Shown here piece after piece: positions 32,901-38,923 of a DNA stretch of 64,000 bases. Positions within the stretch are counted from its first letter, which is position 1, and each line of letters opens with the position of its first letter. The position numbers and the translations under genes were made by a program. Source of the stretch: Calditrichota bacterium (lineage in GTDB: Bacteria; Electryoneota; AABM5-125-24; Hatepunaeales; Hatepunaeaceae); assembly GCA_018644935.1 (NCBI GenBank), contig JABGPL010000005.1:5211-69210 (forward strand), read 5' to 3'. A model generated the notes under the pieces. It was not told where the DNA came from, ran no database searches, and worked only from the letters and a program-made list of their open reading frames with translations.

Positions 32901-33941
32901 CGCTTCTATCACCCACGTTCAGGCTTCAAGAATCTGGATTATTGGGATACTGGTGAAGGTTATGCAATTCGCATGGAAGCCGCTATTGAAGGAACATGGA
33001 GTGGTTCACCAATACCGGTAAACACCCCCGTTACGGTTAGAAACGGATGGAACTATGTCCCGTACTATCCAAATTATGAGTTAACTGCAGTTAGGCCTGA
33101 CTTCTATGTGTTGTCAGATATTATTGGGAATGTACGTCTTGCGAAGAATGGCGCCGGTAGATTTATGGCACCGCAGGTTGGATTCTCAAACATGCCTCCA
33201 TGGGAAGAAGGTCAGGGTTATCAAGTCAAGATGCAGAATCTTGATGGAGCAACTGACTTCACCTATCCGGCAGAACCCGAAGAAGAAGTTGCAATGGTAG
33301 GATTTGGAACTGAAATGGGCAGACATTATATTGATCCTGTAAGTACAGGTGACAATATGAGTGTCTTGATTTCTTCAATTTCCGATTTCGTATTCAGCGC
33401 AGATGACCAAATCGCAGCCTACAGTGCCGATGGTAAAGTAGTTGGTACTTCAATGGTTGATGAAGAAGGCCGTTGTGGTATTGCTGTCTGGGGTACGGAT
33501 CAGACTTCTGAAGAGGTTAATGGTCTGCAACAGGGTGAAGCTTTCGAGCTGAAACTCTGGGATGCTGATCGTGGTGTTGAAGTATCATTAATGCCAACCG
33601 CAATTCTGGAAGGTAAACTTGAGTATGAGACCGACGGATTTGTAATGCTTGACCTCGGTGTCAAACCCGATGTTCCTGGAACATACTTCTTGTCCAGGGC
33701 ATATCCAAACCCGTTTAACTCAACAACCCGCCTGACATACGGAATGACAGAAGCTGGTCATGCTTCGGTGAGTGTGTTTGACATGAGTGGTCGTCTCGTC
33801 GCCAATCTGGTTGATGGTACAGTCGCTGCCGGTTACCACAATGTAGTTTGGGGTGGTGCCGATCTGGCAACAGGTGTCTACATGATTCAGTTTGAAGCTG
33901 CCGGATTCAAATCCGTTAGCAAGGTTGTGTTGATGAAGTAA
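20940..33941 (+). CDS. Giant (4,333-aa) T9SS-sorted repeat protein / putative adhesin
   Basis: ORF track 20823..33941. The start is set at ATG 20940 (MKRCVPVLIAVVLVFMSTTAFGQ signal peptide, GAAGG upstream). Contents: 11 NMS domains, about two dozen Ig-fold repeats of the ASH/choice-of-anchor-D kind (DFG.V.VGES..W.F.I.N.G...L.V.S...F......F.L..GE...V.V.F.P...G.F.G.V.I.S.D) and ~7 cadherin-like repeats bounded by VN(D/R)AP. These are followed by the GW-FY twin repeat (NWNIMSMNIV.../GWNYVPYYPN...), a last NMS domain and the CTD AYPNPFNSTTRLTYGM...GVYMIQFEAAGFKSVSKVVLMK. Confidence 0.9.
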   Translation: MKRCVPVLIAVVLVFMSTTAFGQHFEFVQTDVNASNLILSATINDESLVEGDEIGVFTPGGVCAGAGTVPAGFPDNALGVAAWGAEQGQQNGFAAGNVIEYRLWSVDLNAEITVAADDRRFVAGDGVWVGNGMNVVMLSAQHEVIPVPVIEVNPANINFGVVLTGEESIETLTITNTGEEVLNVGDFDVANIDGEAFSFNIDIPDFPWEFVQTDNNMSNLITSALLNGESLVAGDYVGVFTTNDLCAGFGVVPGANEGIGFPAWGTEQGQNNGFNVGEEMQYRFWDTEQGREYNAEIGQVFAGENNYTINGMFVAVLTAGDGFMPAIGGFELAPDESFEIEVLFAPDGVGEFTGEIVIPSDDPDNEEVVVALLGNAILPDPEISLNVEGHDFGGVLVGESANWTFTISNVGGGDLTVESAAVTGDFFSGDGEDGFVIAVGETQDVTVTFAPEAGGDFAGEVTITSDDPNNGSVALNLAGVGEEEPVPEISVDVNAHDFGSILIGESENWTFSIANIGNAELTVESAAVTGDFFSGDGEDGFVIAVNESQDVTVAFAPEEAGEFGGEVTITSDDPNQRVVILDLTGVGEVEAMPDIAADPEAIDFGEVFLALGDDQPNMEEEIITISNAGDAPLTVFDAVLEGDGFFLEIDLGNGGGGEEFNWEFSQTDANMSILVRGATINGEDLQPGDYIGSFTEAGLCAGYSEVQDAGAQLGVPAWGAEQGQQNGFRNGEAIEMRFFDSDPGREYVAEYAEVQQGEPNFVANGFLACVLSVGDGFVPAEVTLNPGEEVQGTVFFGPVAEGEHNGTITFSSDDPDGDLVVNLTGVGVLPAAEIMVDAEGHDFGAVMVGESADWAFNISNVGGDDLTVQAIDVVGDFFSADAGDGFVLASGEMREVMVTFAPEDGGEFDGSVTIMSNDEDEAEIVLGLAGVGEVNEFPVIAVDAEVIDFGDVIVGEGADDLLVISNEGNAPLTIIDVTVEGVGFTIDVNLDGGGGDVEEFPWEFGQTDINMSTLIQEIDFNGEVLGEGNYVGVFTENGTCAGFGEVFDAGEQMGVPAWGAEQGQQNGFVANEAIEFRIWETDPGREYVADIEALNVAPNWVGNGFLVCNLSVGGENMPAELVLEPGATLEVPVFFNPEEEMDYEGAITITSDDPDNDMVVVGLMGVGVLLTPEIVVNEEGYDFGVVEVGQMADWSFNIANVGEADLNVESVVIDGMYFSVDVEEGFVLASGEDRNVGVMFEPEDAGEFDAVVTITSNDPENGEIVLNLTGVGEVVEVPSIAVDAEVIDFGDVLVGEAAEDLLVISNEGGAPLTIIDVMVEGDGFTIDVDLGGDVEEFNWEYAQTDINMSTLIQEIDFNGEILGEGNYVGVFTENGTCAGFGEVSEAGEQMGVPAWGAEQGRQNGFVANEPIEFRIWETDSGREFVAEIEALNVAPNWVGNGFLVCNLSVGGDNMPAELVLDPGATLEVPVFFNPEAEMDYEGAITIVSDDPDDDVVMVQLLGVGMVDDVEQWIGFDPEMVEFAPVIIGEQGEEILTVFNMSEEEDLMISDLVIDNDVFSIEDGLLQGEFDWAFVQTDNNMSIIVQDAGVNGDQLEAGDYIGVFTEDGLCAGYTEVPEGLFGDGGVGVSAWGSEQDANNGFDPQEDIEFRIWDTDAGRQFVADPEIAMGEAIFVSNGFLVLSGLNGGGGMNPADLAIEPGGSLEITVFFDPEEDIEYNGSLTVMSNDPVVPEAVVDLMGNGSLPAANIDVSAEAYDFEGVHVGDPADWTFTVSNIGGGSLTVESVVTDGDGFMDNMDEGFVLESGASQEIMVTFSPDAPEEYVGSVTITSNDEDEGEVVIELDGFGFLNAPVITLSAEAYDFGELFVNDTDEWSFEIGNDGETDLNVEDITVEGMYFSIDEEGGFSLEPGEVAEVVVTFAPEDAGEFEGMITIASDDPNGDAMVAVVGSAVWYPMIALDPDDVIDFGELYMNDLGEAMVNISNPGGSPLTVSDIVVEGDYFFMEEGDEPGDFDWEYVQTDVNMSIIVQDASIGGEQIVAGDVIGVFTEEGMCAGYAEVPEGLFGGGGVGLSAWGTEQGANNGFAVGEDIEFQIWDMEAGMEFVAVPEIAMGEAVYTGNGFLVLAGLNAERQMIPAFEETVIAPGESIDVPVFFMPENAGEFDGMLTVLSDARDMEEVSVDLFGIGLSMVMMSIPESHDFGELLVGESAEWVFSIENIGDADLNIEAVALEGAEFSMEGDDDGGVLEAGEFFLLRVTFEPDQAGDFEALVIIESNAPENDGIATISLTGSAVWFPIIRLEPADEIDFGAVPIEEEVVEMLRIYNDGLAPLVVDELQIDGEGFSLGAFQGEEPGEFEWEFGQTDVNASILVTEATIGNQSLVEGDVIGVFTEEGLCAGYAMVPADFPNESVGIPAWGAEQGQNNGFQVGEAVGYRFWDDDAGREFGANANYMQGNGNWVGNAFFVVRLSADDGFVPMEAAEIIEPESFLDVEVFFRPEASGEYEGNITVNSNDLENGELNVHLMGNGFVSAIITVSEEGHDFGELLVGENADWQFTVGNAGEADLEVESIRILGDYYSLVPDEAFVLASGEELEFTVTFAPEDAGDELNGNVVIVSNDPVNGELVMNLTGSALWFPIIALDPDDVVDFGEMFDGGEVEEVIVITNEGRAPLTIENIRVAGNGFALGEMDMGDPIVLEPDESFEASVFFQPDNEGEFNGTFTVISDDPSLVHSRGRVIVRLSGIGYFTPADIDVSVEGLDFEGVVVGESSTLAFTIANLGQLPLAVEGVVLEGEYYSSDAERGFEIGRDGEMAVEITFAPEMRGDFDGMITILSNDEDSPEVMVSLAGMGLAPVIDVDPLAIDFGRVFIDEEDNREIVITNEGDADLIIAELILDNEAYSFDPPEQGEFDWVFQQSDASMNVLVLDGHLDGRELAAGDVIGVFTDEGICGGFGLVPDDVFEAGVGIAVWADEVGGEVTGFVANQTLNYRIWDESAAREYAADADYIQGNDFFVANGFSVINVTAGNGFFEPADLAIAPGESESIMLYFRPLDGIDYEATLTVVNNDPEAPEVVVDIMGEGRFHNQPPVWVDVPAEIQTDEDTDFNMLFSAEDPDDDPMTITFVDVGGNLPDEAMFEDNEDGTGLFSWRTNFEDEGEYEFSLTVADNFNNEAVVEVSLTVNNVNRAPIWLDPIETVEAFEDEEFEIFMESVDLDGEDLTVTVDFEFEADFVDHEDGAFTFTWRPDYDKAGEHLVTFTSSDGDLSTDAEVVITIIDVNRAPELDSPIGMFEMDEDGGRSDIVNLDDVFFDADGDELMFDILNIDNLGYLGLEIDDNNVLSVDPEGNYFGETDITIIADDGVDQFALAPMGLNNGAAAFSASRVLSRSVRSINNTPAVGPDRDETVSDRFTLVVNSVNDMPIVEADLEDVTVDEDSGLITIDISGVFSDVEDDDLDYSVMGAPGEMNANIADGELTFDLDENFNHAGGAEITVTAEDDDGAMAEVSFMVTVNPVNDAPVVSSPIDDQVFNEDPGRLILADLDDVFFDVDGDDLEYTFETEGGDRLNMGMDGNYNLFLNPDEDFVTPDAPVLVTLTATDPDGETVVFEFTIAIQPVNDAPIVANAINNVTIDEDSQAIIMTDLDNNFEDPDGQILTYEISGAPDEVNMIVNDDNVLIFHPDADFNLPDGVDVTITASDPFGESVDDVFRLAIRAVNDAPTWVEFPEDIIEGLEGDVVEFSLIASDIDSEDLMIDWVDADGIAVESLTDNNDGTASISWTPTFEDEGEFNPIFSVSDGQFDAEVTVSITITDVPQLQHFVDFIQTGTNHSILIDQVALDGNDVPSLWEVGVFNAEGVLAGAFLWDADEGQVGGPVWGDDPDTDDPDGMRDNEEMLFKIWDFETDTEFDAVAEIIDGSVNWTADGFTILNLNSFEIRDLNISFTSNWNIMSMNIVPEEQYWSDHRIHGHTIDVVLMLEQLAGDGENHNVLLIKNDSGRFYHPRSGFKNLDYWDTGEGYAIRMEAAIEGTWSGSPIPVNTPVTVRNGWNYVPYYPNYELTAVRPDFYVLSDIIGNVRLAKNGAGRFMAPQVGFSNMPPWEEGQGYQVKMQNLDGATDFTYPAEPEEEVAMVGFGTEMGRHYIDPVSTGDNMSVLISSISDFVFSADDQIAAYSADGKVVGTSMVDEEGRCGIAVWGTDQTSEEVNGLQQGEAFELKLWDADRGVEVSLMPTAILEGKLEYETDGFVMLDLGVKPDVPGTYFLSRAYPNPFNSTTRLTYGMTEAGHASVSVFDMSGRLVANLVDGTVAAGYHNVVWGGADLATGVYMIQFEAAGFKSVSKVVLMK
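21007..30000 (+). repeat. In-frame array of nine ~115-aa NMS-domain modules separated by 1-6 Ig-like domains
   Basis: Module starts (F/W-E-F-x-Q-T-D-x-N-M/A-S) are at about nt 21010, 21558, 22916, 23936, 24947, 25645, 26971, 27997 and 29650. Two further copies lie at about 32360 and 33340. Confidence 0.85.
23757..25436 (+). repeat. Recent tandem duplication inside the giant gene (two ~670-bp copies, ~90% nt identity by eye)
   Basis: Lines 23761 and 24781 align base for base (offset 1020). After a 9-nt indel near 23915 the offset becomes 1011 (24001 vs 25012). The mirrored spurious antisense ORFs 24026-24346 and 25037-25357 have identical length and near-identical sequence. Confidence 0.85.
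30171..32350 (+). repeat. About seven cadherin-like / He_PIG-like Ig repeats delimited by VN(D/R)AP
   Basis: Boundaries: HNQPPVW, VNRAPIW, VNRAPEL, VNDMPIV, VNDAPVV, VNDAPIV, VNDAPTW. Internal acidic DxDGDxL / DxDxDD motifs are typical of Ca-binding cadherin-like bacterial repeats. Confidence 0.65.
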
Positions 33942-33974
33942 TTTGAAAATCCATTAGTTTGGATTTGAAAGTCA

Positions 33975-34011
33975 AGAGGCACTGCATTCAATTGCAGTGC
34001 CTCTTTTTTTT
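33975..34011 (+). terminator. Rho-independent terminator of the giant gene
   Basis: AGAGGCACTGCA (33975-33986), loop TTCAAT, TGCAGTGCCTCT (33993-34004), then a T-run to 34011. Perfect 12-bp stem, 34 nt after the TAA stop. Confidence 0.85.
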
Positions 34012-34156
34012 ACCAGGAGTAGCGAAGCTATGCTTTGCGCATCACCAATCAACCCAGTTCCACTTGACATATAGATGATTCAAGAATCACAGTAAACTGT
34101 ATGTAAATCCAATTTAATATTCATAACATTTATTACGAGAATCTGAGGAATACGTT

Positions 34157-34757
34157 ATGAAAAGACAATTGAGGATTGTCAGATTTGTCCTGATCGTTCT
34201 GGTAATCACATTCGGGAATCTTTTAGCCAACCCTCAAGAAGGTGGAGACGAGTTGATTCCACAGAGGGCTTGACGACATATGTCCCATCTTAATCGTCCG
34301 ATCAATACCAAATGTGGTGCTTAATATGTAGGATAACTCTGAGTTCGACCTAAACGGAGCCTGCAAAGAGAAACCGACTGTCCTGATTTTCTATCGAGGA
34401 GGGTGGTGTCCATATTGTGACACCCATCTATGCGAGTTGCAGTCGATAGAGTCAGAGCTCGTCCAACTCGGATTTCAGATAATTGCGGTCAGTCCCGACA
34501 GATCAGATTTGTTACAGAAACCTGTTGATAAGCATGGACTCAAATACCAGATACTATCGGATAGTGAGATGTCAGCCGCTAAGTCCTTTAGTATTGTATT
34601 CAGAGTGGGCGATGCGACAGTAGATAAATACAAGAAATCATATGGAATAGATCTCGAGGCGGACTCTGGTTATAAACATCACCTTTTACCTGTACCCTCT
34701 GTTTTTGTAGTTGGAACGGATGGCATTATTCTATTTTCTTATATAAACCCAAAATAA
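34157..34757 (+). pseudogene. Peroxiredoxin-like (AhpC/TSA-redoxin family) gene disrupted by a frameshift and an in-frame TAG
   Basis: ATG 34157 (GAGGAA upstream) opens a signal-peptide ORF, MKRQLRIVRFVLIVLVITFGNLLA..., that stops at TGA 34271-34273. The conserved body is in another frame: ...IPNVVLNM-TAG(34329-34331)-DNSEFDLNGACKEKPTVLIFYRGGWCPYCDTHLCELQSIE... It continues into track ORF 34437..34757 (AVSPDR...LPVPSVFVVGTDGIILFSY). There is no plausible start between the TAG and the YRGGWCPYC motif. Confidence 0.55.
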
Positions 34758-34840
34758 AAGGTGAGGATTGATTCGGGGTTGCTTTTGGAGCTGCCAGGTT
34801 ATTAGGGGAAAGTCTAAGCCATGTCATTGCAGGATCTGCC

Positions 34841-34865
34841 ACAAAACGGCGATTAAAAAATCGCC
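34841..34865 (-). terminator. Possible weak terminator after the 34915-37800 gene
   Basis: The minus strand reads GGCGATT-TTTT-AATCGCC followed by GTTTTGT. The stem is 7 bp and the U-tract is poor. It lies ~50 nt after the TAA stop. Confidence 0.35.
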
Positions 34866-34914
34866 CCAGCCAAACAGCTGTTTAAATTGACTGGGAGATC
34901 CTTGAAACTGTGTA

Positions 34915-37800
34915 TTATTTCAGCAGAAAAGTCCTCCTGACTGCTGATTTCTCACCACTTTCAAGTCGGACAAAATAAATGCCTGTTGAAAGCGAAGGAG
35001 CGTTCCAGACAATTTCATGTTGCCCGGAGTTGAGACTGCCGGGGGGAGAAAGATCCTGCACCAGCCGCCCATTCAAATCGTAAATCCGCAGAGAGACCGA
35101 TGCTCGGTCTGGGAGTGAGAAGGGAATAGTGGTTGTGGCGTTGAAGGGGTTGGGATAGGCGGGGCTGAGGGAAAAATCATAGACCCGGGTTGGATCGACA
35201 TTGGGAACACCGACCACGTTGTCACCAACAAGTTGGACCCAGAGTTCTCTGGAAACGACATCTCCATTTGAACTCACCGACTGCTCAGCAGTCACCCAGA
35301 CATTTCCCGAATTTGGATCATAGACAGCGTCTTCAAGACTCATCAATCCACTGTCGAAAATGTCCAGACCGTCATCGGGATAATTATCACCAACCTTATC
35401 GCCGTTGGTGTCGAAATGAATTACCTTTACCATTCTCACAGGACCCGCTTCCCAAATCAGGTAGGCTCCGCCTTCTGTATCAGGCAGTAAACGGTTGCGA
35501 TAGATTCTATCCGGGATAACCAACCCATTTGCCCCATATACCTTGGTTCCGTCGCTCCTGATTTTCTGAAGCCGACTGTAGCTATCAGCCAGCAACCACC
35601 ATCCGCCGTCGGATGCCATTTGTAACTTACCGGATGTGGTTCCATTGAGAATTTCTCTGTCAAAGAAGAAGAGGCTGTCGCTTCGAATTATCGTGGACGA
35701 AGCACCGATTTCCGTTCGAAGCATACGTGTCCACCCGTTAATCCAGAACATTACAGCGGTGGTGTCATGGAAGGCTATCTGAGCCGGATTAAAATCAAGT
35801 TCCCTCCGCCAACGGATATTCAGGTCATCATCAATCAAGTTTGCTCTCCACATATCTGAGCCCGAAGCGCGGTCGATATAGAGCCAGCCTTGCCCTTGCC
35901 AGTAATCAAGCAGTTTCGGAATTTCCAAATCCCTATCTACATTTCTGGTCACCTCTCCCATCGAGTTGAATTCAATCAACCGCATCCCGCCGTCCTGGTC
36001 ATTTCTCAGTACTGACAGCAGGCGGTCGTGACCATTGCCAACAGGACTGGTGTAATTTGTTCCCCAGATCCCATCAGCAGATAGGTCGTGACTTATAGAA
36101 GCATGACCATTGCCGTTGTTATCACTGACAACCAGATTAACAATTTCTGTAGGATACGCGACGGAGGACCAGTGTGAATTGGCGAACATTCCGGAGGAAT
36201 ACCTGTTGTAAGAACTATACTTCCAAAGAGGTTCAAGCACTTCTGCTGCCAGGCTGGAACTAAGGTGACCCTCCGTATTAACATACTGACAGGTGAGACC
36301 GCGATATTTGTCCACCATCAAAACATCACATCCGCCGTTAGTAGTTGGGAAAACAAAAGTTCGACCCCTTTCACGCAGATGGGGAACCAATCCTGTTACT
36401 TCATTTTCGTTTTCGCGGACTCCTCTATTGTTTATTTGATAGGCAAAATATGGTGATCCACCGAATACCCAAGCGATATCACCAATCGGATATAGTGAGC
36501 CAAACCTGGGAGGGTAGTTGCCCTCCCAGAGCTGTTGGCCAATGTGGTCGAAGGGATAATTGCCGACAAGATAATTCTCTCCCACCTGGTATATCAGAAT
36601 TTCTTCCGCCCAAGTGTCAAGAGTGCCAATTGAGATTCGTCCGCGCCATCTGAATGGGAACCGGTTCTCTTCAAAAGGGGCGTAGCAGATTACCCGCGGT
36701 GCATACATGGGATCTTCAAACCAGTCACCATTCCCGTAGACGGGGTATTCATCAATATGATTGTAAACAGCGACAAGACGGTTATCCGATGTGACTAAAT
36801 GTCGCATAGAAAGGAAATCGGCGGCTTCATTGTTATAGGGATCAAGCAAGGTGTCGAACCTCTCCAACTGTCCAGCAAAATCATACACTCCGACAATAGT
36901 TGGCGCGTTTATACCATTCACCCAGACAGCGAAAATGTGTCCGGTTCCAATCTGTATTCCATCGTGAACAGGTAAACCCCCGTGCCACATTATCCGATAG
37001 CCATTGCCTGGAGCTGCCAGTATTAAAGGTCTGTCACCTACAATTCTACCGTTTCTGCTTACATTATAAAGACTATTGCCTCCTTGTCGGAACCAGAATC
37101 CTCCATCATCATCAGGAGTCGTGAACCTAATTTCATAGCCTTGCAATGGCCAGCCTTCCATCCCATCGCCGGATTGATCAAATGCAAAAACAATATCATG
37201 ACTGTCGCGACTATTATCAGAAATCCCGATGAAACAGTTTTCGTCGGATGAGAGGTAGACCCGAAACTCCGGTGTATGGTCATTGGTAACTTCAGTCACC
37301 TCTATACCGCCCTGTTGCCATGCCGGCGATCCATTGCTATTTACCCGCTGCAACATTATCCGCCATTGGTCGTCATCAAGCCTTTCTGCCCATGCGACAT
37401 ACGCTCCGCCATTCGGACCCCGGCATATCACGGCGTTCTTGCTGTGGTTATCAAGGCTTAAGGCGGGGGAATAAGGTCGTCGGTCGTTCGACGCGATTTG
37501 CAGGTGAACGCGGCGGATACCATCAAAGTCTGTTTGTGACCAGACGCAGGCGAAGTCTTCTTCCGAGAGTGGGGTGCAGGAAGTTTCATAGGGGAATGCC
37601 CCACGAGAGAATTCAATATCCATTTCCTGATATATCTTCTTGCCGTGCTGCCCCATCCCAAGCTGACCCAAGGCAGGATTTGCGATCAGCAAGACGACAA
37701 GGCACATCATGATTCCGACAAAAACTGAGACACCATATAGACTTCCCGAATGCCGGGAATGCCCTTTTGGTGTCCTATTGCTTCGTATTGTACCGAACAT
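34915..37800 (-). CDS. T9SS-sorted protein of unknown function (W/R/N-rich body, not a stalk-family member)
   Basis: 961-aa ORF. The N-terminal basic segment plus TM is GVSVFVGIMMCLVVLLIANPALGQ. The CTD is AYPNPFNATTTIPFSLPDRASVSLRIYDLNGRLVQDL...GIYFVRLESGEKSAVRRTFLLK. I recognised no other signature in the body. Confidence 0.75.
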   Translation of the reverse strand: MFGTIRSNRTPKGHSRHSGSLYGVSVFVGIMMCLVVLLIANPALGQLGMGQHGKKIYQEMDIEFSRGAFPYETSCTPLSEEDFACVWSQTDFDGIRRVHLQIASNDRRPYSPALSLDNHSKNAVICRGPNGGAYVAWAERLDDDQWRIMLQRVNSNGSPAWQQGGIEVTEVTNDHTPEFRVYLSSDENCFIGISDNSRDSHDIVFAFDQSGDGMEGWPLQGYEIRFTTPDDDGGFWFRQGGNSLYNVSRNGRIVGDRPLILAAPGNGYRIMWHGGLPVHDGIQIGTGHIFAVWVNGINAPTIVGVYDFAGQLERFDTLLDPYNNEAADFLSMRHLVTSDNRLVAVYNHIDEYPVYGNGDWFEDPMYAPRVICYAPFEENRFPFRWRGRISIGTLDTWAEEILIYQVGENYLVGNYPFDHIGQQLWEGNYPPRFGSLYPIGDIAWVFGGSPYFAYQINNRGVRENENEVTGLVPHLRERGRTFVFPTTNGGCDVLMVDKYRGLTCQYVNTEGHLSSSLAAEVLEPLWKYSSYNRYSSGMFANSHWSSVAYPTEIVNLVVSDNNGNGHASISHDLSADGIWGTNYTSPVGNGHDRLLSVLRNDQDGGMRLIEFNSMGEVTRNVDRDLEIPKLLDYWQGQGWLYIDRASGSDMWRANLIDDDLNIRWRRELDFNPAQIAFHDTTAVMFWINGWTRMLRTEIGASSTIIRSDSLFFFDREILNGTTSGKLQMASDGGWWLLADSYSRLQKIRSDGTKVYGANGLVIPDRIYRNRLLPDTEGGAYLIWEAGPVRMVKVIHFDTNGDKVGDNYPDDGLDIFDSGLMSLEDAVYDPNSGNVWVTAEQSVSSNGDVVSRELWVQLVGDNVVGVPNVDPTRVYDFSLSPAYPNPFNATTTIPFSLPDRASVSLRIYDLNGRLVQDLSPPGSLNSGQHEIVWNAPSLSTGIYFVRLESGEKSAVRRTFLLK

Positions 37801-37991
37801 GCAGATATCCTCATGAAGTAAATTTAATCGTTCAGTGGTCCAAGCAGGTATTTAAACGATAGAAGTGTATGTGCGATTCATGAATCACCCCACCCAGAGA
37901 AAAAATTCACTGCAGATTAGGTGGATTAAGCAGATTAGACACTTCTATCTGCTCAATCTGAGTAATCTACAGCGAATGATCTTCACCTGTT

Positions 37992-38186
37992 TCACCAAAA
38001 CAACTTCACTGTCCTGACACATCCATCCTGCTTCAGGTCGTGAAAGGTGGATACCAGAATGAAGATTTGGGGGCATTGAACTCTGTTGGTAAGTGGTTGC
38101 GACATATTGTCAGCCAATAGTACCACTTCACGGTCGGATTTATCCGGTATCCGAAGACACGAGGTATCAGATCTGGGGTGGGTCAC
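37992..38186 (-). pseudogene. Remnant of a T9SS C-terminal sorting domain (orphan 3' gene fragment)
   Basis: Track ORF ...SCLRIPDKSDREVVLLADNMSQPLTNRVQCPQIFILVSTFHDLKQDGCVRTVKLFW resembles the CTD consensus ..SLRIYD.SGREV..L......G.YF.......G.RTVKVVLVK. The plus-strand 3' end CACCAAAACAAC-TTCACTGTCCTGA matches the C25 gene 3' end CACCAATACAACCTTCACCGTCCTGA (39315-39340) apart from a 1-nt indel that shifts VKVVLVK to VKLFW. No PNPFN block or gene body lies upstream, because the methyltransferase gene abuts it. Confidence 0.45.
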
Positions 38187-38899
38187 TTTGGACCTCCGTA
38201 AACGACCTCACGATATTCTTTCCAAAACACCTCGGTACTCGTCAAGCCTGCCCTCCGTAAGATGTCAATATCTTCGAGCAATGGGAGTGGTTGGTCACCA
38301 TCTTTTGCCTCAATGGTAGAAAGAGTTTTTTTTGTGGTTTCTCTATCGGAGAAGGATTGAATTCGTCCTTGGTTCCTGTCAAGGATACCTTCTACACGCA
38401 GTTCCTGAATTCTTTCCTCAACAATGGGACTATTCGCAACAACCAGATCTGCGTTAATGAACCACCCTCCAGAAACTAAGCAACTTACAACTTCACCGAA
38501 CAGGTCTGATTTCTCTATATTTGTGAGATGATGTAGAGTGAACGAGGAAAAAATAATATCGTAAGCTTCTCCTTTGCTGTTCCATCTCTGAAAAGTCAAG
38601 ATGTCGTCAACTATGGGAGTTACTCGTTCGGCTCGCGGACCGAGCCGACCGAGGGCAGTCGACATCATTTTTTCTGCTGAGTCAATTGCCAAAACATGAG
38701 CTGCGGGAAATGCCTGTAGAAACTTATCGGTGAAGTACCCAGTCCCGACTCCCAGATCGAGAGCGTTGAGTTGGGAATCCCGATCAAATGGTAGCACCTG
38801 CAGACCGATTTCAACCATTCGGGTTCGAAGCGGATGCATGATCTCCATGTCGCGGTCATAAGATGCGACACGATCCAATTCGTTGTACGCTTTATTCAT
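38183..38899 (-). CDS. Class I SAM-dependent methyltransferase
   Basis: 238-aa ORF with motif I ALDLGVGTGYFT, the post-I acidic residue (VLAIDSAEKM) and the later DIIFSSFTLHHL and LVSGGWFINADL blocks typical of the Methyltransf_11/25-type fold. Confidence 0.75.
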   Translation of the reverse strand: MNKAYNELDRVASYDRDMEIMHPLRTRMVEIGLQVLPFDRDSQLNALDLGVGTGYFTDKFLQAFPAAHVLAIDSAEKMMSTALGRLGPRAERVTPIVDDILTFQRWNSKGEAYDIIFSSFTLHHLTNIEKSDLFGEVVSCLVSGGWFINADLVVANSPIVEERIQELRVEGILDRNQGRIQSFSDRETTKKTLSTIEAKDGDQPLPLLEDIDILRRAGLTSTEVFWKEYREVVYGGPK

Positions 38900-38923
38900 A
38901 ATTGTATTATCCTGTCAGGTTCA

